Source of the DNA: an uncultured Candidatus Saccharibacteria bacterium
GTDB taxonomy: Bacteria; Patescibacteriota; Minisyncoccia; Phycocordibacterales; UBA9973
Length of the DNA stretch: 64,000 nucleotides
Assembly (NCBI GenBank): GCA_964404925.1
Contig: CAYOLW010000001.1
Coordinates: 2,106-66,105, forward strand
Direction of reading: 5' to 3'
Shown here: in pieces, positions 18,091 through 26,483 of the stretch
How the letters are laid out: every line of letters starts with the position of its first letter
Numbering within the stretch: the first letter of the stretch is position 1
Made by a program: the position numbers and the translations under genes
Notes under the pieces: generated by a model
What the model was told of the DNA's origin: nothing
What the model saw: the letters and a program-made list of their open reading frames with translations, nothing else
Database searches by the model: none

Positions 18091-18519
18091 ATGCAATTTA
18101 AAGTTCCACAATTTTTAGATATTGAAGACAAGATATTCGGCCCATTTACTTTTAGCGAATTCGTTTATTTAGCAGGAGGGGCAGGTCTGTGTTATGTGCT
18201 TTTTAAATTGCTTGGTTTTTTTGTAGGTTTTGTACCGATACTTTTGGTTGGTGGATTTTCTTTGGCTTTAGTTTTCTATAGACCAAACGGTAAACCTTTT
18301 ATAAATATGGTTGAGAATAGTATTAGTTACTATACTCAAAACAGATTATATGTATGGAAAAGACAAGACAGAAGTGATAATAAAAACAAACAACCAATAA
18401 ACAATGCAGTGTTAACAGAAAATGAACACATAGTTAAATTAAACAAAAGTAAACTTAAGGATTTATCATGGAGTTTAGATGTACTTGATGTTAAAAACAA
18501 AAGTGAAGAAAATATTTAA
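18091..18519 (+). CDS. Small two-TM membrane protein. Its size and its position immediately upstream of VirB4 are VirB3/PrgI-like.
   Basis: Two hydrophobic helices are YLAGGAGLCYVLFKLLGFFVGF and VPILLVGGFSLALVFY. The assignment rests on position alone, without sequence-family support. Confidence 0.3.
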   Translation: MQFKVPQFLDIEDKIFGPFTFSEFVYLAGGAGLCYVLFKLLGFFVGFVPILLVGGFSLALVFYRPNGKPFINMVENSISYYTQNRLYVWKRQDRSDNKNKQPINNAVLTENEHIVKLNKSKLKDLSWSLDVLDVKNKSEENI

Positions 18520-18524
18520 TTAAA

Positions 18525-19175
18525 ATGGCACTAAACGCACGCGCAACTCAAGATTTTGTACCTATCAAAGAAGTAAGAGATGGGGTAATAATGCTAAAAG
18601 ATGGCAGTTTGCGTGCCGTTGTTTTGGCTAATTCTATAAACTTATCTTTAAAATCAGAAGACGAACAAAAAGCTACTATTATGCAATTTCAGTCTTTCTT
18701 GAATACATTAGACTTCCCGGTACAAATTTCTATTCAATCAAGACGTTTAGATATTAGACCTTATTTATTACTCTTGGAGAATCGAGTGAAGGTACAAACA
18801 GAACCCTTGCTTAAAATGCAAACACAGGAATATATGGAGTTTATTCGAAGTTTTACAGATACGGTTAGTATTATGACAAAAAGTTTCTTTGTGGTTGTGC
18901 CGTATACAGAATCGGTGGTAACCGAAAACAGCAATCCTCTATCTAAGCTACTTGCTTTTGGTAATAAAAAAAATGTAGCTTTAGAAGTAGAAATGGATTT
19001 CGAAGAAAAAAGGTCACAACTAGAACAACGTGTTGGTGTTATACAACAAGGTTTGTCTCGATGTGGAATAAAAACAGCACAGCTCGGCACCGAAGAGGTA
19101 ATTGAGGTATTATATAAAGTATTTAATCCAGGCGAATTAGAAGGTAAAATAAAATTAGAAAACACAGAACAGTAA
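18525..19175 (+). CDS. VirB4/TrbE-like N-terminal region (216 aa), encoded as a separate ORF from the ATPase part.
   Basis: The stop TAA at 19173-19175 is followed one nt later by the ATG of the ATPase ORF, in a different frame. Together the two ORFs give 827 aa, a typical VirB4 size. The N-terminal-domain pattern FVPIKEVRDGVIMLKDGSLRAVVL is like Gram-positive VirB4 N-termini. Confidence 0.5.
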   Translation: MALNARATQDFVPIKEVRDGVIMLKDGSLRAVVLANSINLSLKSEDEQKATIMQFQSFLNTLDFPVQISIQSRRLDIRPYLLLLENRVKVQTEPLLKMQTQEYMEFIRSFTDTVSIMTKSFFVVVPYTESVVTENSNPLSKLLAFGNKKNVALEVEMDFEEKRSQLEQRVGVIQQGLSRCGIKTAQLGTEEVIEVLYKVFNPGELEGKIKLENTEQ

Positions 19176-19176
19176 T

Positions 19177-21012
19177 ATGGGATTATTTGATTCAATTTTA
19201 GGTGGTGACAAAACGGACAACAATAAAAAGCCGACAATATTGCCGATACTACCTGAGGAAATACACGAATCAGCGGCACTAGAACTCCAAGACGTAATTG
19301 CGCCTTCAGCTTTAAAAATAAATCCTAAATCTATCAATCTGGGGGATAAAATAGCTCGAACCTTCTTTATTATTTCTTATCCTAGATATTTGGCCGATAA
19401 CTGGTTTTCTCCAATTATTAACTTGGATCAAATTTTTGATGTATCAGTATATGTAAATCCAGTAGACACTTCTTTGGCAATGCGTCAGTTCCAAAAGAAA
19501 GTGGCTGAGGTAGAAAGCCAGATCAATACTCGTGAATCCAAAGGTATTGTACGTGACCCAATGCTAGACACAGCTTACCAGGATTTAGAAGAACTACGAG
19601 ATAAACTTATTCAAGCTCAAGAAAAGATGTTCGATGTAGGTATTTACATAACTATCTATGCTAATAATGAAATGGAGCTTTTTAAGGTTGAGAACGAAGT
19701 AAAATCCATTTTAGAATCAAAATTAATATACATTAAACCAGCCCTTTTCCAGCAAGAAGAAGGTTTTATGAGCGTGGTGCCTGTAGATACCGATAGGCTT
19801 AATATTACCCAGAGATTAAATTCTGAACCACTTTCTTCTGTGTTTCCTTTTATTTCTTTTGACTTAACTTCAGATAAAGGAATATTGTATGGTGTCAATA
19901 GACACAATTCTTCTTTGGTTATTTTTGATCGATTTTCTCTTGAGAACTATAACTCTGTTACTTTTGCTAAATCAGGTAGTGGTAAAAGTTATGCTACAAA
20001 ACTAGAAATTTTACGTAGTCTAATGTTTGATATTGATGTCATTGTCATAGACCCTGAAAGGGAATATGAATTCTTGTCTGAGGCTGTAGGAGGAAGGTAC
20101 TTCAACATCTCTCTTTCCTCAGATCACCACATAAACCCATTTGATTTACCTGTTCCCAGAGAGGACGAAACACCAGAAGACGTATTACGCTCAAATATAA
20201 TTAACTTGGTTGGTTTATTTAGATTGATGCTAGGTGGACTAACACCCGAAGAAGATGCTTTAGTTGACCGGGCGATATCTGAAACATACGCTATTAAAGA
20301 CATTACACCAGACTCTGATTTCACTAATATTGAACCTCCACTTTTGTCTGACTTTGAAATGGTTCTTTCTGGAATGGAAGGTTCTGAGTCTGTTGTGCAG
20401 AGATTGGTAAAATATACCAAAGGTTCTTGGTCCACGTTCATTAACCGACCGTCCAACGTAGATATCAACAAAAAGTTTGTTGTTTTCTCTGTTCGTGATA
20501 TGGAAGATGAATTAAAGCCAATCGCCATGTATATAGTTACTCACTATATATGGAATACAATCCGTAAAAACCTAAAGAAAAGACTTTTAGTAGTGGACGA
20601 GGCTTGGTGGATGATGAAATCTGAAGACACAGCATCTTTCTTGTATTCACTAGCTAAAAGAGGCCGCAAATACTATCTAGGTCTGGCTACAATAACTCAA
20701 GACGCTGCGGACTTTATGAAATCTCCGTACGGTGTACCTATTGTTACCAACTCATCAATCCAAATACTCCTCAAACAATCCCCAAGTACCATTGAAGTGC
20801 TCCAAAAGATATTTAATCTAACCGATGAAGAAAAATATCTTTTACTTGAATCTGGGGTAGGGGAAGGTATATTCTTTGCCGGTTTGAAGCATGTTGCTAT
20901 TAAGGTTGTAGCTTCTTACACAGAAGATCAAATCATTACTTCAGACCCATCACAAATATTGGCTATCAAAAAATCAAAAGACGATTTTGAAGAAGTGTCA
21001 CAAGGAAAGTAA
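19177..21012 (+). CDS. virB4: Type IV secretion/conjugation ATPase VirB4/TrbE/CagE-like (AAA_10/DUF87 type), C-terminal ATPase part.
   Basis: Walker A is AKSGSGKSY and Walker B is LLVVDEAW. The arrangement of RGRKYYLGLATITQD and the C-terminal TEDQI region is typical of VirB4-family ATPases. Confidence 0.85.
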   Translation: MGLFDSILGGDKTDNNKKPTILPILPEEIHESAALELQDVIAPSALKINPKSINLGDKIARTFFIISYPRYLADNWFSPIINLDQIFDVSVYVNPVDTSLAMRQFQKKVAEVESQINTRESKGIVRDPMLDTAYQDLEELRDKLIQAQEKMFDVGIYITIYANNEMELFKVENEVKSILESKLIYIKPALFQQEEGFMSVVPVDTDRLNITQRLNSEPLSSVFPFISFDLTSDKGILYGVNRHNSSLVIFDRFSLENYNSVTFAKSGSGKSYATKLEILRSLMFDIDVIVIDPEREYEFLSEAVGGRYFNISLSSDHHINPFDLPVPREDETPEDVLRSNIINLVGLFRLMLGGLTPEEDALVDRAISETYAIKDITPDSDFTNIEPPLLSDFEMVLSGMEGSESVVQRLVKYTKGSWSTFINRPSNVDINKKFVVFSVRDMEDELKPIAMYIVTHYIWNTIRKNLKKRLLVVDEAWWMMKSEDTASFLYSLAKRGRKYYLGLATITQDAADFMKSPYGVPIVTNSSIQILLKQSPSTIEVLQKIFNLTDEEKYLLLESGVGEGIFFAGLKHVAIKVVASYTEDQIITSDPSQILAIKKSKDDFEEVSQGK

Positions 21013-21023
21013 AGTGTTATAAT

Positions 21024-22037
21024 ATGCAAAGCATGTTTAATAAAAATATGTTAAGAAAAACATCTCTATTAATCTTGGTTTTGTCTTTTATTGTTTCCTT
21101 TACAGGAGTGAACAATGTTTTTGCACAACAAATTCAAGATAACGATATATTGATGAGCGTATATCCCAAATATCCAAAACCAGGGGATAATGTTCGTGTC
21201 TCAATTAACAGTTATACTGTTAATCTTGATAAGTCGTTTATTGTTTGGTCTTTAAATGGGGAAGAAAGGTCTAGGGGAATCGGTAAAAAGACATTTTCTT
21301 TTGACTTAGAAAAAACAAATAGTCAAAATCAGGTTACAGCTTCTATTGATTTGGTGGGTGGTATTACTGTTGTTAAAAGTAATACTATTGTTGCTTCGGA
21401 TATAGACATGCTTTGGGAAGCGGTAGATTCATACGTACCACCATTTTATAGAGGCAAGGCCCTTGGTGTACAAGACGGTAGTTTCAAGATTGTTGCTATA
21501 CCGAGTATTTTGTCCTCTGGTGGAAAAGTAAGCCCTAACAACCTTTCATATGTTTGGAAAAAAGACGGTGATGGCCAAGTAGGCGCTTCTGGTTTTGGTA
21601 AAAATTACCTTATCTTTACTAAAAGCTACCTTGATTCAGAAAACGAAATAGAGGTTGAAGCATCAGATATTGAAGGCAAAGTAAAAACAGGTAATAAAAT
21701 TATGGTGACAGGTTTAAAGAAACCAAAGGTTGTCTTATATAAAAAAGACTCTAAAATAGGCTTTAGATTAAACCAAGCACTGAGTGATAATTATAGTATT
21801 TCCGAACCAACAACAATAATTGCAGTTCCGTACTTCTTTTCTTTTAGCAATATCAATTCAGAGGATATGGCTTTTACCTGGTCAGCGGGCGGTAAACAAA
21901 TACAACCAAACAGAAATAAAAATGAAATAACAGTTATTCCACCCAAAGAAAGGGGTGGTACTGATATTTCATTAGCAGTAGAAAAAGCTAATTCTTTCTA
22001 CCAGAGTGTTAAAAAAAGGATCAATGTTGATTTTTAA
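21024..22037 (+). CDS. Secreted hypothetical protein (337 aa), predicted beta-rich.
   Basis: The signal peptide is LLILVLSFIVSFTGVNNVFAQQ. Confidence 0.45.
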   Translation: MQSMFNKNMLRKTSLLILVLSFIVSFTGVNNVFAQQIQDNDILMSVYPKYPKPGDNVRVSINSYTVNLDKSFIVWSLNGEERSRGIGKKTFSFDLEKTNSQNQVTASIDLVGGITVVKSNTIVASDIDMLWEAVDSYVPPFYRGKALGVQDGSFKIVAIPSILSSGGKVSPNNLSYVWKKDGDGQVGASGFGKNYLIFTKSYLDSENEIEVEASDIEGKVKTGNKIMVTGLKKPKVVLYKKDSKIGFRLNQALSDNYSISEPTTIIAVPYFFSFSNINSEDMAFTWSAGGKQIQPNRNKNEITVIPPKERGGTDISLAVEKANSFYQSVKKRINVDF

Positions 22038-23100
22038 TGAAAAAATAAAAAAGGTTACTGCTTTTATTTTTATACTGTTCTTTTGTGTTGGTTTTATAAT
22101 AAAAACACCTGTAATTATAGCCCAGGACCCTTGCACAACAGATTCAGATGGTGATGGACTTGTGGATGGAATGGATCCAATAAATGATACAACCAGCCAA
22201 ACTAATCCAAATATAATAAATTGTAATGAATTACAAAACACTCAAAATGATAGCGATGTAACATACACACTACTCGAACCTATTGGTGATTTGAGTAAAT
22301 TTAATGCAACTCAACCTTGTCCTTTGGTTGATTATATTAATAAATTTATAAAAATATTCCTTGGTATTTGTGCTGCACTTGCTATGGTGATGATTGTTGT
22401 TGGGGGACTCCAATACATGACCAGTGAATTATTGTCTTCAAAAGAAGCGGGAGTTAAGCAAATTCAAGGCGCGGCTTTTGGTTTTATTATGGCACTGGCC
22501 GCTTATGCTATTTTAAACACCGTTAATGCTGATTTACTTAACTTCTGTCCACACATACCAGATGCAAAAGTAACAGTTGTTGAAGATATAAGTGACGAGG
22601 CAACCACCTTAACAGGTGGAGGTAAAGCAACATACCACCCATACAAAGCTTATTCTCCTAATAATGCTTGCCCAGGACAACCAGGTAAAGAAACAAGCAC
22701 TTGTGTAAAAATGAACACAACTAATTTACCTAAAAAATATGATCAGAGTTTAGAAAAAGACACTCTAGATAAAATGGTAATATTTGATAACATCATGCGT
22801 TCTAAAGGAATTGTATGGTATGTGACTGAAGGGTGGCCAGCATCTAGCTCACATAAATCTAGTTGTCATGGTAATGGAACATGCTTAGACTTAAATACAC
22901 CAAACGCAACACCAGAAACAGTTAAATTAATGATTGGCGGTTTAATAGCTGTTGGTATGTGCCCAAACTATGAAATTTTACAGTCTGGAGGTATTACCAG
23001 GGAACAACTTAATGCTATTGGTATTCCCGATGCACGTATTTGGGTTACCAAAGGTACAGGGGCTCATATACATGTTGTTAATGCTAGGTGTGGTAGTTAA
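22006..23100 (+). CDS. Membrane-anchored cell-wall peptidase. An N-terminal anchor and Asp-rich Ca-binding-like motif are followed by a pilin-like double hydrophobic helix and a C-terminal LAS/M15 (VanY-like) metallopeptidase domain.
   Basis: The M15/LAS signature S-x-H-x-x-G-x-[AC]-x-D appears as SCHGNGTCLD, and HxH appears as GAHIHV near the C-terminus. The TSP3-like motif is TDSDGDGLVDGMDP. The paired hydrophobic helices are FLGICAALAMVMIVVGG and AFGFIMALAAYAIL. The start may instead be the in-frame ATG at 22024. Confidence 0.5.
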   Translation: MLKKGSMLIFNEKIKKVTAFIFILFFCVGFIIKTPVIIAQDPCTTDSDGDGLVDGMDPINDTTSQTNPNIINCNELQNTQNDSDVTYTLLEPIGDLSKFNATQPCPLVDYINKFIKIFLGICAALAMVMIVVGGLQYMTSELLSSKEAGVKQIQGAAFGFIMALAAYAILNTVNADLLNFCPHIPDAKVTVVEDISDEATTLTGGGKATYHPYKAYSPNNACPGQPGKETSTCVKMNTTNLPKKYDQSLEKDTLDKMVIFDNIMRSKGIVWYVTEGWPASSSHKSSCHGNGTCLDLNTPNATPETVKLMIGGLIAVGMCPNYEILQSGGITREQLNAIGIPDARIWVTKGTGAHIHVVNARCGS

Positions 23101-23125
23101 TCTGCTATAATATATTTAAATAAAT

Positions 23126-24442
23126 ATGTCCAAAAAAAATATAATTCTTTTAGCTGTTTTAATACTAATCATTGGACTGGTTGTGCTAGTTGCGTCTTTG
23201 CCTAAAAAAAGCAACGAGCCGGGTAGCGAAGGTGGAACAAACTTTTTCTCTGATTTATTTAATTTAGTTGGATTAAAGAACAAAAACTCTGATGATGGCA
23301 CACCAACCAAAAACATAGGTGGCACACCAGGCGGGGAAGAGGCAAGAGGTTCTTTATTTAAAATGTCTTCAATGCCTGTGGCAGGTTTTGGTGTATTAAA
23401 AAGAGAAGTTTACACTTATGTAGCACCACCAGAAGTAACAGATTTAGCTTCCAGCACTGAAAATGATACCAGAACCAATACTTTAAGTGTTCCAGAAACA
23501 GAATACAAACTAGATGTTAGATATGTTACAGCTGAAAATGGCAGTATCTATCAATATGACATTGAAAACGGACAAGAAAAGAAGTATTCAAGCTCTGTAC
23601 TACCGTATATGTACGAAGCCTTTTTTGGTAAAAATGCCTCATCAATTGCACTCAGATATATATCAGTGAACAAGCCAACAATCGAGACTTTTGTTCGTCA
23701 GTTACCAGAAGACCTACTGGGTTCAGATGCTGAACCTGAGGATAAAATATCTGGTAATTTCTTACCTCAAAACATAAATGATATTTCTATTTCTCCGGAT
23801 GGTATGAATATGTTTTATCTTTTAAAGATTTCATCCGGGATATCCGGCACTGTAGCGTCTTTGTCTGGTGCAAATAAAAACCAGGTGTTTGATTCAAGTT
23901 ATACAGAGTGGCTGTCTCAGTGGCCAAACAAGGATTTAATCACTGTTACGACCAAACCTGCTGCTGGTATTCCAGGTTTTATGTATGGAATCAATCCAAA
24001 CATAAAAGACTTTAAAAAAATATTAGGGGGTGTTAATGGTTTAACCACACTTACTAGCCCAAACGGTAAACTAGTCTTGTACTCTGCCGATGATTTAAAT
24101 CTATACTTATATGACACAGAAGAGAATAATTCAAAAAATTTAAATGTTCGTACATTACCTGAAAAATGTGTTTGGGGTGCATTAAGTGATCGTGTTTTTT
24201 GTGCTGTACCCCAGTATATTAATACTGATAAATACCCGGACTCTTGGTACCAAGGAGAAGTCTCTTTTATAGACTCATTAGAAGAAGTTTCTTTAACAGG
24301 TGGATTGCCTATCACTTTGACAAAAGAAGGGGAGGTTATTGACCCGATAGACGCAATTAAACTAACATTAAGTGAAGATGGCAACTTCTTGTTCTTTATG
24401 AATAAGAAAGATTTATATCTATGGGGTTTGCGTTTAAAATAA
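23126..24442 (+). CDS. N-terminally anchored extracytoplasmic protein (438 aa) with TolB/PD40-like beta-propeller repeat signatures.
   Basis: The transmembrane segment is IILLAVLILIIGLVVLVASL. Repeat-like segments are SPDGMNMFYLL and SPNGKLVLYSADDLNLYLYD. Confidence 0.35.
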   Translation: MSKKNIILLAVLILIIGLVVLVASLPKKSNEPGSEGGTNFFSDLFNLVGLKNKNSDDGTPTKNIGGTPGGEEARGSLFKMSSMPVAGFGVLKREVYTYVAPPEVTDLASSTENDTRTNTLSVPETEYKLDVRYVTAENGSIYQYDIENGQEKKYSSSVLPYMYEAFFGKNASSIALRYISVNKPTIETFVRQLPEDLLGSDAEPEDKISGNFLPQNINDISISPDGMNMFYLLKISSGISGTVASLSGANKNQVFDSSYTEWLSQWPNKDLITVTTKPAAGIPGFMYGINPNIKDFKKILGGVNGLTTLTSPNGKLVLYSADDLNLYLYDTEENNSKNLNVRTLPEKCVWGALSDRVFCAVPQYINTDKYPDSWYQGEVSFIDSLEEVSLTGGLPITLTKEGEVIDPIDAIKLTLSEDGNFLFFMNKKDLYLWGLRLK

Positions 24443-24443
24443 A

Positions 24444-24923
24444 CTAGATTTGCCCTACATACCTAATAACCACACGCCTATCGCGGCCAACACCATTTGA
24501 TTCTGTTTTTAAATCATTAGCGAGTGACAATATCTCATGTACAATCCTCCTGTCGTAGGCAGACATTGGCTCAAGCTCTATGCTTGATTTAAAGTACCTT
24601 GCTCGCTCTGCCATCATATGGACTAAACTTTTCAAAGTCTCAATCTTTTTCTTTTGAAAACCATTTATATCAACTACAATGTTTTCGTTTGGGGTTTTAC
24701 TTGTTGGATTTTTTGATTCAACGATCCTGCGAACAATATGATTAAGTGCTTGCAGCGCTTCTCCTTCGCGGCTTAGAAATGGGTGAGCATTATTAAGCTC
24801 AACAGAGAAACAGTGACCACCTAATTCATCGTCTAAAACACACTCAGTAACAACAACATTATCTGAAACGTTAGTTTTATCAATTAGTTCTTTGATTATT
24901 GTTTTTATTTCTTCTTTGTTCAT
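24444..24923 (-). CDS. jag: Jag/KhpB-like RNA-binding protein with an R3H domain.
   Basis: The gene lies downstream of yidC in the conserved rpmH-rnpA-yidD-yidC-jag order. The R3H-type motif is YDRRIVHEIL. Confidence 0.65.
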   Translation of the reverse strand: MNKEEIKTIIKELIDKTNVSDNVVVTECVLDDELGGHCFSVELNNAHPFLSREGEALQALNHIVRRIVESKNPTSKTPNENIVVDINGFQKKKIETLKSLVHMMAERARYFKSSIELEPMSAYDRRIVHEILSLANDLKTESNGVGRDRRVVIRYVGQI

Positions 24924-24927
24924 ATAT

Positions 24928-25656
24928 TTATTTTGTGTTTAAAGTAAGAACCTCTTTTTTCTTGGCTAAATATATCTGTTGCAGGGTAGCAAAAACATTA
25001 CTTGTTATCCAATATAATGCAATTGCCCCAGAAATGCTATAGGCAATAAAGGTAACAACAACAGGGAAGACATATTTCATTTGAATTTGTAAGCTTTTTT
25101 GTAGACTTTCATTAAAAGAACCCTTGGTTGCAGTACTAACTGGTGGCTTAGGCATAAAATACGCTTGGAGGAACTGAGACAAACCAGCCAAAACAGCTAA
25201 AATAATACTTTTACTTGTTAGGTCCAACAAACCTAGGAAATTATTACTAGTAATTGTTGGTATTGGGGTAAAGGAGTACAAAGTGCTTGGATCTATATTT
25301 ATACCTTTATAGAAAGCATAGTATAAAGCAAAAATAATCGGTATCTGAATTAAAACCAGTAAACAACCTGAAAAAGGATTGGTTTTGTTTGTTTTATATA
25401 ATTCAAAAGTTAGTCGAGCTTGTTCTTCTTTGGTCTTACCAGAATTCTTTATTTTATCAATTTCAGGCTGTATCAGGTTCATTTTAACCTGACTTTTTAT
25501 AGATTTACTAGCCAAAGGGAAGAGGATTACCTTGACCAAAACGGTTAATAAAATAACAGCTAAGCCGATATCCCCACCAGGAACCAAGGCCACAAAAGCA
25601 GCCAACAGGTTAACCATTGGTTTATAAAGTAGCATTTCCCATAAACTATGTAACAT
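24928..25656 (-). CDS. yidC: Membrane protein insertase YidC/Oxa1 (short form).
   Basis: Five hydrophobic helices are present with a conserved YidC core (PLASKSIKSQVKMNLIQPEI, LIQIPIIFALY). The operon position is conserved. Confidence 0.85.
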   Translation of the reverse strand: MLHSLWEMLLYKPMVNLLAAFVALVPGGDIGLAVILLTVLVKVILFPLASKSIKSQVKMNLIQPEIDKIKNSGKTKEEQARLTFELYKTNKTNPFSGCLLVLIQIPIIFALYYAFYKGINIDPSTLYSFTPIPTITSNNFLGLLDLTSKSIILAVLAGLSQFLQAYFMPKPPVSTATKGSFNESLQKSLQIQMKYVFPVVVTFIAYSISGAIALYWITSNVFATLQQIYLAKKKEVLTLNTK

Positions 25657-25692
25657 CCAACCATTCTATACTAAAAGAACAGAATTTCAAAG

Positions 25693-25902
25693 TTATGGCA
25701 CAGGATCTATATGGTTCTTTTGCCAAGGATGGCAACGCAAAATCCTAAAAAAGCTTAAAACTACACCTTTAAGTGCACCATGTTTTTGTATTGCTTCTTT
25801 TGCGTAACTTGAACAGGTGGGGTAAAAGACACAAGAGGGTTTTTTGAGCGGACTTATGTTTTTCTGATATAAATCAATTAATTTTATTAAGTATTTTTTC
25901 AA
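25693..25902 (-). CDS. yidD: Membrane protein insertion efficiency factor YidD.
   Basis: YYQKNISP...[23 protein letters not shown] matches the YidD hallmark CxFxPTCSxY. Confidence 0.8.
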   Translation of the reverse strand: MKKYLIKLIDLYQKNISPLKKPSCVFYPTCSSYAKEAIQKHGALKGVVLSFFRILRCHPWQKNHIDPVP

Positions 25903-26200
25903 CGTCTTGTTTGATTAATTCAGTGTTTATTTCTTTATTTTTTAAAGTAAAAACACCATTAAAACCCAACGGGAGTTTATGCATAAAACTCTTTATAGCT
26001 AAATAACCCTTTCTTTTTAAGGCATTTCTCTTGTTGGCTAGTTTTTCCACCTTCTTAGAAACAACAAAAGACACCTTAGGTGGTGTTTTTAAGGTGCTTT
26101 TATAAAATTTAAGGCCTACATTTTTACCCCAAAAAGAAACACCTTTTTGAAAAACAGTGCCCACATCCTTTCTAGTTGTTCTATTTTTCTTAGGTAGCAT
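25874..26200 (-). CDS. rnpA: RNase P protein component RnpA.
   Basis: A basic 108-aa protein lies immediately downstream of rpmH and contains RnpA-like [10 protein letters not shown]. Its start overlaps the rpmH stop in a TAATG junction. Confidence 0.85.
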   Translation of the reverse strand: MLPKKNRTTRKDVGTVFQKGVSFWGKNVGLKFYKSTLKTPPKVSFVVSKKVEKLANKRNALKRKGYLAIKSFMHKLPLGFNGVFTLKNKEINTELIKQDVEKILNKIN

Positions 26201-26346
26201 TAAGCCTTCTTTTGCACTGCCAGGCGAGCTCGTCCTTTTTGACGTCTTCGGGCCAGAACCTTTTTACCATTCTTAGTCTTGTTTCTAACTAAAAATCCGT
26301 GGGTTTTGGCTCGTTTTCGTTTTTTAGGATTATATGTTTGTGACAT
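26200..26346 (-). CDS. rpmH: 50S ribosomal protein L34. It is absent from the ORF track because it is under 60 aa.
   Basis: Manual minus-strand translation gives [48 protein letters not shown]. This is the classic L34 sequence. Confidence 0.85.
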   Translation of the reverse strand: MSQTYNPKKRKRAKTHGFLVRNKTKNGKKVLARRRQKGRARLAVQKKA

Positions 26347-26483
26347 TCGGGAAGTATACTGTAAAAGCAGGCTAAAGTCAAAACCCTTATTTATTAAAAT
26401 ATATATCTTATCAACAGGTTATTAACATATTTTATAACTTTTAATAATTTGTGTATTAGGTCTCGAATAGTATAATTTGTCCC
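26347..26483 (+). promoter_or_regulatory. rpmH/dnaA divergent control region. It holds DnaA-box-like sites and a dnaA promoter whose TATAAT is 7 nt from the ATG.
   Basis: TTATCAACA is an 8/9 DnaA box. TTGTGT, a 16-nt spacer and TATAAT at 26466-26471 lie just before the ATG at 26484, so dnaA is possibly leaderless. Confidence 0.4.
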
